From Calditrichia bacterium (lineage in GTDB: Bacteria; Calditrichota; Calditrichia; RBG-13-44-9), in the NCBI GenBank assembly GCA_037381445.1, contig JARRQT010000150.1:1-16931 (forward strand): DNA of 16,931 nt. The letters run 5' to 3'. Position 1 is the stretch's first letter. Each line of letters opens with the position of its first letter. Under the pieces are notes generated by a model. That model searched no databases. It was given only the letters and a program-made list of their open reading frames with translations, and had not been told where the DNA came from. Positions 16,281-16,931 of the stretch are shown piece after piece. A program made the position numbers and the translations under genes.

Positions 16281-16931
16281 ATGGATGAAATAAAAACCGG
16301 AATCGCCCCCCAGGATGCCCTGCTTCAAAGGAAGCTGGAAGAGCTGAAGCAGCAGTCCAAAGATCCCCAAAAATTAAGGGAAGCCGCGGACAATTTCGAA
16401 GCGCTGTTTGTGAACTACATGCTGAAGGAGATGCGCAAAACGGTGATGAAATCCGACTGGCTGGGGGGCGGACTGGGCGGCGAGATCATGGAAGGGCTTT
16501 TTGATCAGGAAATTTCCCGGAACATCGCGGAGAACAGCAACCTTGGAATTGCAGAGCTCATGTTACAGCAGCTTTCTGCAAAAAATGGAGCGGAAGCATC
16601 CCCGGCGCAGCAGCTCAGGGGGCTTCCGCTTCGACGAATTACGCCGAAATCCGGAAACGCGCAGACCTATCAGAAACCGGACATCGCCCGTCAGTTGAAG
16701 CCGTTCGCTTCCCACATTCACCGGGCGGCCAGAGAAACCGGGGTGGACGCCGACCTGATCCGGGCCGTCATTATGGCGGAATCCGGGGGCAATCCCGCGG
16801 CTGTTTCCGGCAAGAAGGCCCGCGGGCTCATGCAGTTGATGGACACCACCGCGGTGGATATGGGCGTCAAAAATCCCATGGACCCGAAGGAAAATATCCG
16901 GGGAGGCGCCCGCTACCTGGCAAAAATGCTG
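16281..16931 (+). CDS. flgJ: FlgJ-like protein: rod-binding domain fused to an SLT (GH23) lytic transglycosylase domain, 3' end runs off the window
   Basis: Manual translation: KLREAADNFEALFVNYMLKEMRKTV..LFDQEIS..LGIAELMLQQL (rod-binding), then AARETGVDADLIRAVIMAESGGNPAAVSGKKARGLMQLM..DPKENIRGGARYL (SLT); absent from the ORF track. Confidence 0.9.
   Translation, partial: MDEIKTGIAPQDALLQRKLEELKQQSKDPQKLREAADNFEALFVNYMLKEMRKTVMKSDWLGGGLGGEIMEGLFDQEISRNIAENSNLGIAELMLQQLSAKNGAEASPAQQLRGLPLRRITPKSGNAQTYQKPDIARQLKPFASHIHRAARETGVDADLIRAVIMAESGGNPAAVSGKKARGLMQLMDTTAVDMGVKNPMDPKENIRGGARYLAKML

Overview
Bacterial chromosomal window, probably from the FCB group (Calditrichota/Ignavibacteria-like; inferred from a PorV/PorQ-family gene and the flagellar gene architecture). 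The left 5.3 kb is housekeeping and envelope genes: a partial nucleoside phosphorylase-family gene missed by the ORF track, dUTPase, a hemerythrin-domain protein, a PorV/PorQ-family beta-barrel, murI, and a Tat-signal N-acetylmuramoyl-L-alanine amidase broken by a deletion/frameshift. From about 5.7 kb a consensus sigma-54 promoter precedes a long plus-strand gene run: HEAT-repeat protein, HDOD (deletion/frameshift), divergent CheR, CheY, stand-alone FlhB C-terminal protein, unknown lipoprotein, second HDOD, GAF protein, then flgF-flgG-flgA-flgH-flgI-flgJ (partial, also missed by the ORF track). The most interesting points are the HEAT/HDOD/CheR/CheY/GAF module with no receptor or kinase in the window, a cysteine-free FlgH together with an unexplained lipoprotein, an FlgJ with an SLT (GH23) domain, and two similar out-of-frame deletions that may be assembly artefacts. 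No RNA genes, CRISPR arrays or mobile elements were recognised. All calls are by eye; no database searches were run.
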